From IMG/VR virus record IMGVR_UViG_3300032240_001498, positions 1 to 64,000 of that record: a stretch of DNA of 64,000 bases, one strand, 5' to 3'. The position numbers were made by a program, and so were the translations under genes. Shown in pieces: positions 35,966 to 45,412 of this stretch (within the stretch, counting starts at the first letter, position 1; each line of letters starts with the position of its first letter). The notes below the pieces were generated by a model, which worked only from the letters and a program-made list of their open reading frames with translations, was not told the DNA's origin and searched no databases. The stretch comes from a virus (Duplodnaviria > Caudoviricetes).

Positions 35966-37825
35966 TTAGTTGTTTATCGCCGTAGGTGGACCTAATTTGT
36001 ATTGTGGCTTCTGATCAACTCCATCTTGATATAACGGAACTGAGTCTAGCGTAGATTTAACTACTGGTCTACTGGTAGTTTCAATAATTTTAGTGATACC
36101 ATTAGTAACTTCAATTGTTTTAATTGTCCGGCTTCCGTCGGCATTAATGGTTAACGTTTGATTTGGGTCTAATCTGGCCTGGATGGCTTCTTGTTCGTTT
36201 GTAAGAATTTGTTGAGCATTTCCTAAGGATGTTCTTTCTGTACCGGATAATTTTGATTGCAATGCCTCTGACGCTGTTATGTTTTCTTGTATTGCATACT
36301 TATTGTCTGTAATTGCCTGTAGTTGCGCACCATATTGACTAGGAGCAATATAACCCTGAGCGGCATATTGTTCTCGAACTGCTATCCCTGCCGCGGCGCC
36401 GTCTGCCGCAATGGCTTTGTTAACTGCGGCATCGACTTCGACTTGTTTAGCTGTGGCTTCTTGAATTTTGGTCAATAATTCTGCTTCCTTGGTATTCTGT
36501 TCATCAAGGGCGTTTTTCAATGCAGTTGGAGTATCTAGTTGATCAAAATCGGCTCCGCTAAGAACCAAATCATTTGCCTTCAATGCGGCTGGAGTACCTT
36601 CATAAAAACTTTTGCCAGGCTGGAGACCAAAGTCTTCGCTTGAAGCCGCTTGAACTTGATTTGGCTGGAAGTTTACCCCATTTAATAATGTTCCTGTTTG
36701 TGGTCCAAATCCCAACGACTTTCCTAGTGAACCTAGTCCACCACCGATTATGCCTCCAAGTAGTCCACTGCCCGGTCCACCGCCCGCAATGGCTCCTTTA
36801 ATTGCACTATTTAAAATGCTTTGGCCTTCTGCTTTAAGAGATGCGTCCGATATATTTTTGTAATTTCTTATCAGATTAGATCCTTGAATTCCTATACTGG
36901 CGATAGACCCTAGTGAGCTGATCGAATTGCCGCTTAGTAGTTTGTCAGTCTGTCCAAATAGATCTTGCGTGCCTGATAGGATACCACCAGGTCCAAATAT
37001 ACTTGAATTACCTCCGCCTGCAATGCTTAATGGACTAGGTGTTAGATCATAATGGAATGTGGCAAAACCTGATGGTTGGTCTCTTGACACACGACCTTCG
37101 CCATAGAATACAGTTTCATATCCTAGGGTACATCTACTCTGTGCAAATTTATTACCCGATGATTGATCAAGCTGATCGTGTTCCCAACTTTCAAATAATG
37201 GATTTACTAGAACATAACTGGTGAAGCGTTTTGCATTTAGTTGATATATTGTTACAGCATTGAAAAAGGGAACACTTTGATTATTGTTCAATCCAAATTT
37301 TCCTGCGCCTCCAGGTCGACCTGTTGGATCTTTAAGGGAAGGGCCGGTCTGATACTTTGTATTTCCGTAGTTTGATTTTGTCTTGTCGCCTGTACCAAAT
37401 TGACTGTTTGTTTTTACTGTCTGTCCCCACCAAGTATCTCTGTAGTAGTATCTAAAATAGTTAACCCACAAGCTGTTTGTAACGTTACTCATGTCATCAT
37501 GGAACGTCATTGATATCGGCTCGTAGCTAATTTTTTGTTGTATCAGTGTTTTTCTATTATATTGATTCAGTGTTTCGACTTGTATTTTAAACTTTGGCAG
37601 GTCAACGGCTTTGACTAACATACCTGCTTCGTAACCTCGCTTTTGTTCGTTCCACTGTACTTCTGATATTGCGGCTGGGTTGATTGAAAACACCACATAA
37701 TAGATCCAACTGGTCTTTGGAGCAAGGGCAAATGTGTCGTCAAGATATAGGCGACTGGCATGAGCATAATCATGCATGTTACCTTGATTTGTAAAACCTG
37801 AGAGATATTCAACTATGGATGGCAT
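35966..37825 (-). CDS. tail-tube-fold baseplate/tube initiator-like protein with long C-terminal extension
   Basis: LVKAVDLPKF...NQYNRK...YEPISMTFHDD resembles gp19/gp54. Confidence 0.65.
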   Translation of the reverse strand: MPSIVEYLSGFTNQGNMHDYAHASRLYLDDTFALAPKTSWIYYVVFSINPAAISEVQWNEQKRGYEAGMLVKAVDLPKFKIQVETLNQYNRKTLIQQKISYEPISMTFHDDMSNVTNSLWVNYFRYYYRDTWWGQTVKTNSQFGTGDKTKSNYGNTKYQTGPSLKDPTGRPGGAGKFGLNNNQSVPFFNAVTIYQLNAKRFTSYVLVNPLFESWEHDQLDQSSGNKFAQSRCTLGYETVFYGEGRVSRDQPSGFATFHYDLTPSPLSIAGGGNSSIFGPGGILSGTQDLFGQTDKLLSGNSISSLGSIASIGIQGSNLIRNYKNISDASLKAEGQSILNSAIKGAIAGGGPGSGLLGGIIGGGLGSLGKSLGFGPQTGTLLNGVNFQPNQVQAASSEDFGLQPGKSFYEGTPAALKANDLVLSGADFDQLDTPTALKNALDEQNTKEAELLTKIQEATAKQVEVDAAVNKAIAADGAAAGIAVREQYAAQGYIAPSQYGAQLQAITDNKYAIQENITASEALQSKLSGTERTSLGNAQQILTNEQEAIQARLDPNQTLTINADGSRTIKTIEVTNGITKIIETTSRPVVKSTLDSVPLYQDGVDQKPQYKLGPPTAINN

Positions 37826-37841
37826 ATAGATATTTAGTCGT

Positions 37842-37871
37842 AAAAAAACCTGGAGGTAAATCCAGGTTTTT
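37842..37871. terminator. bidirectional-type terminator hairpin
   Basis: AAAAACCTGGA-GGTAAA-TCCAGGTTTTT. Confidence 0.85.
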
Positions 37872-37887
37872 GTATTTTACTAATAGA

Positions 37888-38514
37888 TTAGCCTGTAGCC
37901 AATGTACCTAGTGTACGTCCAACTGCTACGCCAATACCGATTGGGTTACCAGTAACGTCTGTTTGGATCGCGTTATCGTAGGCGATAGATAATGTGATAT
38001 CCATAGCATCTGAAGAACTATAATCGCCTTGTTGATATTGTGCTTGTTTTACATAGCAACCTAACAATTCAAATGTTTCTAATACGTTAGGAGTATATGC
38101 ACCATTACCACCGTCAAGGATTTCAATCTTTGTAGTAAATTTATAATCAATACCAGAAGCCGCAACTGCTTGTTCAAAGAAGTCAAATTGTTTCTGTAAT
38201 TGCTCACCAACTAATCTGCTGACAGCACCTGTAACATCATCACGTACAACTAATTGGATATCTTCCCACTTGTGCTTACCGGCGTATTTTACACGACTGT
38301 TATAAACATGTAGTTCAACTTCGTCAAAACTCAAGTTAGGACGACCAACTGTTACGACCTGTTTAGTCATTTCTGAAGTAGGTTTTGATACTCCAAAATT
38401 TTCTAATGTTACACGAAATCTGTACTTTAACTTAGGCATCAACAAGCCTTGGCTTGTTGAACTTTGACCTGGGGGTAGTGGTACAGATAATTTACTTAAA
38501 CTTGCAATAGCCAT
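37888..38514 (-). CDS. tail tube protein (gp19-like)
   Basis: KYRFRV...GRPNLSF..VE...YAGK..WEDI...D...W/YDNA; adjacent to sheath. Confidence 0.88.
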   Translation of the reverse strand: MAIASLSKLSVPLPPGQSSTSQGLLMPKLKYRFRVTLENFGVSKPTSEMTKQVVTVGRPNLSFDEVELHVYNSRVKYAGKHKWEDIQLVVRDDVTGAVSRLVGEQLQKQFDFFEQAVAASGIDYKFTTKIEILDGGNGAYTPNVLETFELLGCYVKQAQYQQGDYSSSDAMDITLSIAYDNAIQTDVTGNPIGIGVAVGRTLGTLATG

Positions 38515-38552
38515 TTAATATGCTCCTTGTTCTATGTTATTTACCATTCCCA

Positions 38553-41500
38553 TTAGCCCTTTGATACCTGGCCAAAGTTTCCTGATTTAATTGCGCCGGT
38601 GTTAAGCAAGCGAACTGGAATGTAGATAAATTCAACTGCTTTAACTGGTTCTATCGCAATATCAACCCATAATTCAGAACGATCAATACGTGCTGTAGTG
38701 TTATTGCTTGTGTCGCATACAACGATAAAGTCATATAGGGCACGTTGTCCAACCAACTCTAATAAGAAACTTTCAACTGCGTTCTTAACTTCGTTGCGTG
38801 TTAGCTGATCATTTGGTTCGAACAAGTATGGACGAACAAGTAGATCTAACTGACGACGAACATAAGCTACTAAGCGAGCTACGTTGATACGGTCCAGCGC
38901 ACTTGTGCTGTTGCTTCTGCTGTAGTTACCAAAGTTTAAAATACCAGAACCATTTAGTGTGGCAATTGGGTTAATTCTAACTGTTTGTAACGCCATTACA
39001 TCACGTACACCTTGTGGCAATGCTGATGGAACAAAGTCACCTTCTGCATTAACATAACCAACTGATGTAGCATTATCTACACCACCACGGCGAACCCCTG
39101 CTGGAGCAAACCATTGATATGACTTAGAGTCACTGTTGATAAATGTGCGTAGCATCATGTGGCTTGGCGGAACAACAATATAGTTACCTGCATTATCGTT
39201 TGCATAACCACTTGGATAGAACAATGCTGTGTAGTCGTCGCGTGTTACTGCGCCGTCTTCGCCGTTGTCCACTGCTTTTGCAGAGTTATTGCCATATGCC
39301 TGAAGTGCTGTACCAGTTGCCTGTAAGCGGAATGGTGTATCACCGATAACAAATGCTGTCTGTGCGCGGTCTGCGTTTAGTGCAACCATGTTTGAGATTG
39401 CTTCAGGATAGCCTGGGCAAGCCATTAGGTTGAATACCAATGTATCTGTATCTTTCAATGCGTTATTGGTGTCAATTAATGATTTGAATGATTTAACAAC
39501 AAATCCGCGTTGTGCATGACGACCAAATGTGCCTGAACCGTCTGCATTGTTAGGACTTACTGTGACCCAACGTGCTGTGTTGTAGGCTGTTGTGGCATTT
39601 GATCCGTCCATTGGGTCACCTGTACGAATATTAACACCGTTATTGTCGTTAATATTGATATAGTTTGCAATGTATTGTTTTACATTGTAACCAGAACGGC
39701 GTAGATTCCATAGGCGTGTACCACGTGGGTATTGAGCAGGATCTGGAGCATCAGGATCAACGAAATCGCTGGCCAACAACTGTGGAAGTGTTCCTGCTGT
39801 TGTTGCGTAACCGTTTGCGGCCCAACGTGCATCGTGGAATACCCAACCATTTGGACTTGTTTGATCTGTAGGATCTTGTGCTTCCCACTTTAATGTATTA
39901 CCATTGTAAACATAGAAGTCCTTACCGTACATATCCATGTCGCCTGTTTGGATCCAGATGTCTCCGTTCTCTAGTGCAGTACCATCGCTTTGTGTAACAG
40001 GTTGTGTTACTGAAATAATAGGACCTGCAGGATCTGTTGCTGGGAAAGCATTCTTGTAACCAGTCCATTTTGTACCGTTGTGATACATGATGTCAACGGT
40101 ACTGAATACGTTACTGTACCATAATGTACTGTCAGCTGGTCTAGCTGTAGGAGCTGTCTTCGATGATGTAAACACTAAAGGAGCCCAGTTACTTGCTTTG
40201 AATGTGTAACCGTCAACTTCTTTTGTACCTGCGGCATAGAAGTTTGTAGTACCAGTCCATGTGTCAGCAAGAGTGTTGTAGGTGTAAGGAGCGAATCCTG
40301 CGGTAGATAAAATATTACCTGGATCTCTAAATTTAATCTCTCCACCAGCAGAGTGTACTATAGAAACAGTACCGTCTGCATTTAGAACAGCGGAAGTATA
40401 TTCAAACCCACCGGCGTTAATTGCAGTAACTAACGCAGACAATGTTGTACCAACTAGGGTAATTGCTGTTTCGTGCTCTAGCATTGAAGAACTTGTACCG
40501 CTTTCTTTGATTGTTAGAACTGCACCATTAGGTAGTGTAGGTGCAGGTGACAATGAAGTGCTGGTAATTGTTGTAGGAGCAACTGCTGAGCGTCTCCAAA
40601 TACGGAAGTCTGCAAAAGAAGCAAAATTGCTTGATGTAGTAGCAGTACCGTTACCGTGGTTGAAATTACTTTCAACAAATAATGTACCTACAGCGATCTT
40701 TGCACCACCTGATGTTTTATCTAGATTATAATTTGCTGTCTGTGCATCAGGATAAACTTGCGCAGAAATCTGTGTCCAATTTTGTGCAGTAGCATTGTAT
40801 TGTTTTACAATCCAAGTTGCACCTTGATCGGGACTGGTTGTTTTGACGTAGACAGAGCCACTTGGTCTTGCACTAAAATCTGGATATTGTGTATGTGGAC
40901 CAACAAATAGCTGTGGGCCATAATATGCCTTGGCTGAGTAGCCTAATGCAGATAGTGTGCTGTTAGTACCACCAATTGTAACTGTTCCAGGATTAGCATC
41001 AGCATAGATGTTTAGTTTACCTGCTTCGGCTTTAGCACCAATACCACTTGTGTGTAGTGTGCTGTTGATGCTTGCGGCAATAGTTGCAACAGTAGAAGCT
41101 GTGCTTACTGCAACAGTGGTACCGTTAATGATCAACGAGCCAGATGCTGTGGCAAAACTTGGATTAGTTGTAGTACCTGCGACTGTTGGGTAGCTTGTTA
41201 CCCATACTGTTGATTTAAATGTGCTTACGTTTGCGTTTGTAGCAAATGCTGTTTCGCCTGAGCTACCAACTTTTACCCAGTTACCGTCTTGATTCTTGTA
41301 TTGGGTTTCATTTGTGTTGCCGTGGTCGGTACAGATTGCATATGAACCTAATGCACCAAATCCTGGTTGAATTGTTACACCGTCATTGTTGACTGTTGAA
41401 ATTGCAGAATTAGACGAATCAATGATAGTTAAATTTTGTACACTGAATGAGCCTGCATTTGCGTCCCACTCAAACACGCCAAATCTAGTATTTGTAGTGT

Positions 41501-41918
41501 CTAACCAATATGTACCACCTGCTGGTGCGCCAACTGGTGCTGAGCTCTTGCCGACCAATTGACCAAGATCGACATCTGCGCGAGCAACAAATACTCTTGA
41601 GCTTACTCCCAGCACTGAATATGCGGCTTGTAATCCGTACTCGTTACGCTCGCCACCGTTTACTGGGTTGTTGCCTGAATCGACTTCAAAGTATGGTGTA
41701 CCAAATGTATCTGTAAGATCTCTCTGACTTGTGATAGTCCAAACTTGGTTTTTATACTTGCTTGTAGTACCGGCCGCTGTGCCAGTTCCTGAAGAATTTG
41801 GTTTATTTGCGGCAGTAGCGATAAAGATTAAAGGTACGGTCCCTGGGGCCGCTGGAGTATAAAAACTCTCGTTTACTATCTGTACTGATACGCCTGGTGA
41901 ATTTAAATTTTGTGCCAT
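38553..41918 (-). CDS. tail sheath protein (gp18-like) with large insertion
   Basis: LNSPGVSV....ES, NEYGL.AAYS.LG, WFAPAG..RG, DRINVARL; start moved to MAQNL. Confidence 0.93.
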   Translation of the reverse strand: MAQNLNSPGVSVQIVNESFYTPAAPGTVPLIFIATAANKPNSSGTGTAAGTTSKYKNQVWTITSQRDLTDTFGTPYFEVDSGNNPVNGGERNEYGLQAAYSVLGVSSRVFVARADVDLGQLVGKSSAPVGAPAGGTYWLDTTNTRFGVFEWDANAGSFSVQNLTIIDSSNSAISTVNNDGVTIQPGFGALGSYAICTDHGNTNETQYKNQDGNWVKVGSSGETAFATNANVSTFKSTVWVTSYPTVAGTTTNPSFATASGSLIINGTTVAVSTASTVATIAASINSTLHTSGIGAKAEAGKLNIYADANPGTVTIGGTNSTLSALGYSAKAYYGPQLFVGPHTQYPDFSARPSGSVYVKTTSPDQGATWIVKQYNATAQNWTQISAQVYPDAQTANYNLDKTSGGAKIAVGTLFVESNFNHGNGTATTSSNFASFADFRIWRRSAVAPTTITSTSLSPAPTLPNGAVLTIKESGTSSSMLEHETAITLVGTTLSALVTAINAGGFEYTSAVLNADGTVSIVHSAGGEIKFRDPGNILSTAGFAPYTYNTLADTWTGTTNFYAAGTKEVDGYTFKASNWAPLVFTSSKTAPTARPADSTLWYSNVFSTVDIMYHNGTKWTGYKNAFPATDPAGPIISVTQPVTQSDGTALENGDIWIQTGDMDMYGKDFYVYNGNTLKWEAQDPTDQTSPNGWVFHDARWAANGYATTAGTLPQLLASDFVDPDAPDPAQYPRGTRLWNLRRSGYNVKQYIANYININDNNGVNIRTGDPMDGSNATTAYNTARWVTVSPNNADGSGTFGRHAQRGFVVKSFKSLIDTNNALKDTDTLVFNLMACPGYPEAISNMVALNADRAQTAFVIGDTPFRLQATGTALQAYGNNSAKAVDNGEDGAVTRDDYTALFYPSGYANDNAGNYIVVPPSHMMLRTFINSDSKSYQWFAPAGVRRGGVDNATSVGYVNAEGDFVPSALPQGVRDVMALQTVRINPIATLNGSGILNFGNYSRSNSTSALDRINVARLVAYVRRQLDLLVRPYLFEPNDQLTRNEVKNAVESFLLELVGQRALYDFIVVCDTSNNTTARIDRSELWVDIAIEPVKAVEFIYIPVRLLNTGAIKSGNFGQVSKG

Positions 41919-41993
41919 TCTATGCATCTCCCATGTAATGGTTTGTTCATCAGTATTTAGCGGTTGCACCAAATTTTACTTGGTTAAATACCT

Positions 41994-42359
41994 ATGAAAA
42001 GGGCACAAAAAAGGGCGGGTATGATTAGATCATTATGTAAAACATGCGGCAAGAGACCTGTTGCAATCAACTATCGCAAAGGTGAAAGAACTTTCTATAG
42101 AAAGATCTGTGACCATTGTGCAAGGGGACGAGAGCCAGGTATGTCTAAATGGCAGTTAGCGGGTTATAAGAAACGAGACACCTGTGATAGGTGCAATTTC
42201 ACCAGCAAGTACGCAGATCAGTTTGATGTATTTTTTGTAGACGGGAATTTAGAAAACTGTCGACATGCAAATCTTAAAACAGTATGTGCAAACTGTCAGC
42301 GGTTATTACATCAACTCAAGCTACCTTGGAAACGAGGGGATCTTCGACCAGATTTTTAA
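41994..42359 (+). CDS. Zn-binding HNH-fold protein with degenerate active site
   Basis: CxxC pairs; DVFFVDGN...NLKTVCANCQ in place of HH.DG...CANCH. Confidence 0.65.
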   Translation: MKRAQKRAGMIRSLCKTCGKRPVAINYRKGERTFYRKICDHCARGREPGMSKWQLAGYKKRDTCDRCNFTSKYADQFDVFFVDGNLENCRHANLKTVCANCQRLLHQLKLPWKRGDLRPDF

Positions 42360-42972
42360 CCTGTTCAAACAAGTCGTCAATAGTGGTATTATTATCTAAC
42401 ACAGCATCAAACGCTGTTCCTACCCAAGCAGTTTCGCTGGCATGGATTTTTGTTTTTTCTAAGTTACTTTTACTTAATGCCCAGCGAGTATTTCCGTTTG
42501 GACCTTTATTTGCGTGAACTGCGTCTTCATACCAAATGGGTTCAGGACCTCGTACTACACGGATCACAATACCGCCAGCATCTTTAATTGATTTGATTTC
42601 ATTAGGAAAACGGCAGTCGCTAATAACAATATCGTCTGTTGAATTACGTAATTTGTTTTCTAAGCTGGCAATCCAAATATCATCATGAAATGCCTTGCGG
42701 CATACTTCTGTACCCCAATATTGTAAGACCCACCGGGGAGTAAGATTGGGCATATTTAGGCGTTGTGACCACCACGGATCTACTTGTTCTCGCCATGCAC
42801 GAGCTTGCGTTGTGCGGCCTTCTAGCATTGTTCGATCCCAACCAAATACTTGAGCTACTGCATCTTTGAGAGAGTTTGCAAATGATTCTCGGCGAAAGCC
42901 ATGAAAGTTAGTTAGATAGTCAGCAATAGTATCTTTGCCAGACCCAATAAATCCACATACGCCAATAATCAT
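42316..42972 (-). CDS. deoxynucleoside monophosphate kinase (T4 gp1-like)
   Basis: GFIGSGKDT, FANSLKD, TPRWVLQYWGTE, DCRFPNE, HASE. Confidence 0.92.
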   Translation of the reverse strand: MIIGVCGFIGSGKDTIADYLTNFHGFRRESFANSLKDAVAQVFGWDRTMLEGRTTQARAWREQVDPWWSQRLNMPNLTPRWVLQYWGTEVCRKAFHDDIWIASLENKLRNSTDDIVISDCRFPNEIKSIKDAGGIVIRVVRGPEPIWYEDAVHANKGPNGNTRWALSKSNLEKTKIHASETAWVGTAFDAVLDNNTTIDDLFEQVKNLVEDPLVSKVA

Positions 42973-43020
42973 AGTATCCCCTTAGTCGATACTATATTTT
43001 ATTACAATATGATGTAAAGG

Positions 43021-43416
43021 TCAATCCTTTTTGGATCTTTTGGTTGTCTTTTTTGCGTTCCAATTTGATATTGGACTTTGGATGTTGGTGTCAGATGGTT
43101 CTACACTTTTGCTTCGCTTGGCAAGTTCCTTGCCATCTGTAGGAATTGTGGCCATGGCCTGCATCATCATTAGATGCTCCATATCTGTGTAGGGAAATGC
43201 CACGTTAAACTTTTCTATAAAACTGGCGCTGTCCATATCTACAGGACGTTTGCTAGATCCGTCAGCCATTGCAGTAGCCATCATGATACGATTTAGATGA
43301 TAGGTACGATCATAGCCGCCTTGGTCTCGCATTAAAATAGCCCCTTGGCTCTTGTGTTCTAGATCTTTTGGCATTTCACCGTTGCCACGAGCTTCCATTA
43401 ATTCACGTATCTTCAT
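43021..43416 (-). CDS. hypothetical protein (MKIRELME N-terminus)
   Basis: Propeptide-like start; coupled to gp13. Confidence 0.7.
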   Translation of the reverse strand: MKIRELMEARGNGEMPKDLEHKSQGAILMRDQGGYDRTYHLNRIMMATAMADGSSKRPVDMDSASFIEKFNVAFPYTDMEHLMMMQAMATIPTDGKELAKRSKSVEPSDTNIQSPISNWNAKKTTKRSKKD

Positions 43417-43417
43417 A

Positions 43418-44176
43418 TTAACCTCTTACAAACCACATTGGTGTTTCGCCTGTTTCACTGTTTCTAATAGCGGTTTCTAGTTTTTCAATCTCTTGCTGAC
43501 CTTCAGCTTTTAGTGCATCACCGTTTAGAGTAGTGCCACCTTGTGGCCCTGCGATTTGATTAAACTTGCTACGAGCTTCACCTAGGATAATTTTACAATT
43601 AGCCAGGGTATAATCTTTGACCCATATACCAGCATACGGATCTCTCACAAGATCAAAGTCTGGTCTATGATTATTAACCCATAATAACAGAGTTTCTTGT
43701 CCTCTAGGACGTTGCATTAGTGTTAATTTCTTGTTAGCAGGATTAAAACGGAAGTTGATAAAACTACCAAACATCTTACCAACTAGATTTTGATAACTTG
43801 CAAAGGCAAAATACGTTGCCAGGCCGCCCATGTTACTGCTACTTAACAAATATGTGTTGGTGTAGGCCAAGTTAAATGGTTCAAATAGAGTACCTGTATC
43901 GCCGCCGCCTGTGCGTGAACCAATACTTCTACGAAATACTTCACGAACACTCATAACTTCGGGCGCTAATTGGTATTCGTTGACGTCTTGATCCAGTGTT
44001 AAAAAAGCATAGCTTTCTTCAACTGAGTTTGCACTACGTTGACGATATACAGCTAGGGCACGATCTATAGCTGTGTTATAATTTTTAGGCTCAAGTTCAA
44101 CGTCAATCATGCCGTCTCCCAGCATGTTTTTAACGTAATCTATAATTTCTTGGCGGGCGTTACTTGTATCACTCAT
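43418..44176 (-). CDS. neck protein (gp13-like)
   Basis: LGDGMIDVEL, WVKDYTLA..K..LG.ARSKF...GPQGG..LNG..L..EG..EIEKL. Confidence 0.9.
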   Translation of the reverse strand: MSDTSNARQEIIDYVKNMLGDGMIDVELEPKNYNTAIDRALAVYRQRSANSVEESYAFLTLDQDVNEYQLAPEVMSVREVFRRSIGSRTGGGDTGTLFEPFNLAYTNTYLLSSSNMGGLATYFAFASYQNLVGKMFGSFINFRFNPANKKLTLMQRPRGQETLLLWVNNHRPDFDLVRDPYAGIWVKDYTLANCKIILGEARSKFNQIAGPQGGTTLNGDALKAEGQQEIEKLETAIRNSETGETPMWFVRG

Positions 44177-44181
44177 GCTTA

Positions 44182-44195
44182 TATTTAGTTAAATA
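44182..44195. promoter_or_regulatory. back-to-back late-type promoters
   Basis: TATTTA 44182-44187 and TAAATA 44190-44195 between divergent gp13 and gp14. Confidence 0.7.
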
Positions 44196-44202
44196 TACTA
44201 CT

Positions 44203-45411
44203 ATGCCAAGACTCTCTTTATACCGTCCCGAAAAGGGCAATGATTTTAAGTTCCTAGACCGGTTAATTAATGAACAATTTCAGGTTGGCGGAACCGATAT
44301 CTATATACACAAATACCTAGGTCCTGTAAACCCTGCGGACGGTGAATCCAGCCCCTCTGTTCCTGTTAATACTAATCCAATAGGCGAGCTGGGAATACAA
44401 GATGTGCTATTGATGGAAAATAGAGATCGTCATTATTCGCCCGACGTATATGTCATGCGATCAATATATACAATACAAGATTTAGACTTTAATCTAAGTC
44501 AGTTTGGTATTTTTTTACAAAATGATGCCATCATGCTTCACGTACACTTACGTTCAAGTGTAGAGTCTTTAGGCCGTAAAATTATGTCAGGTGATGTTAT
44601 TGAATTACCTCACTTGAAAGATGAATATGCATTAGATGACGCAATGGTTGCGTTGAAAAGATTTTATGTTGTACAGGATGTTACCCGTCCAGCTGCCGGA
44701 TTTAGTGCAACTTGGTATCCGCATTTGTTAAAACTAAAGTGCGTACCAATGATAGACAGCCAAGAATTTAGTGAAATACTTGATGAGAAACAGGTTGATA
44801 CACAAGGCAATGATACAAATCAAACCCTACGTGACTTGTTGTCTACCTATAATAGTGCTATTGCAACAAATAATGCTGTATTAGCTCAAGCAGAAGCGGA
44901 TCTTCCTAGAAGCGGATACGACACAACTCCGTTTTATGTAGTTCCCACTAATGATCAAGGCCTTGCTGATGTTGAAGATGTTAGCGATACTAATGTAGAT
45001 ACAACAGCGCAGGGAGCTATTGACGCATCTATGGTATTACGTACCCCTGATCACAATTACTATGTAGGCTACATAACCGATGACGGCAAACCTGCAAACG
45101 GAGCTCCATATACATTTGGAATAGAATGGCCAGCAAGACCTATATTAGGACAAATGCATCTACGAACAGACTATTTCCCAAACAGACTGTTTAGATTCGA
45201 TGGATCGCATTGGATAAAATTTGAAGATAATGTTAGAATGGATGTAACCAATACTCCAAAAGACGGCAATCAACAAACTCCAAACAGCCAAACAAGACAA
45301 ACAGAAGTTACCAGCTTTATCAATAACACAACTACTGCTACTATCGGAACCAAGGTTGTACAGCAACGTCAAGCATTGAGTAAGGCATTAAGACCAAAGG
45401 CGGACAATTAA
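44203..45411 (+). CDS. neck/head-closure protein (gp14-like)
   Basis: GTDIYIHKY, LSQFGIFLQND, GDVIELP, W.PHL..L.C; start moved to MPRLSLY. Confidence 0.75.
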   Translation: MPRLSLYRPEKGNDFKFLDRLINEQFQVGGTDIYIHKYLGPVNPADGESSPSVPVNTNPIGELGIQDVLLMENRDRHYSPDVYVMRSIYTIQDLDFNLSQFGIFLQNDAIMLHVHLRSSVESLGRKIMSGDVIELPHLKDEYALDDAMVALKRFYVVQDVTRPAAGFSATWYPHLLKLKCVPMIDSQEFSEILDEKQVDTQGNDTNQTLRDLLSTYNSAIATNNAVLAQAEADLPRSGYDTTPFYVVPTNDQGLADVEDVSDTNVDTTAQGAIDASMVLRTPDHNYYVGYITDDGKPANGAPYTFGIEWPARPILGQMHLRTDYFPNRLFRFDGSHWIKFEDNVRMDVTNTPKDGNQQTPNSQTRQTEVTSFINNTTTATIGTKVVQQRQALSKALRPKADN

Positions 45412-45412
45412 G

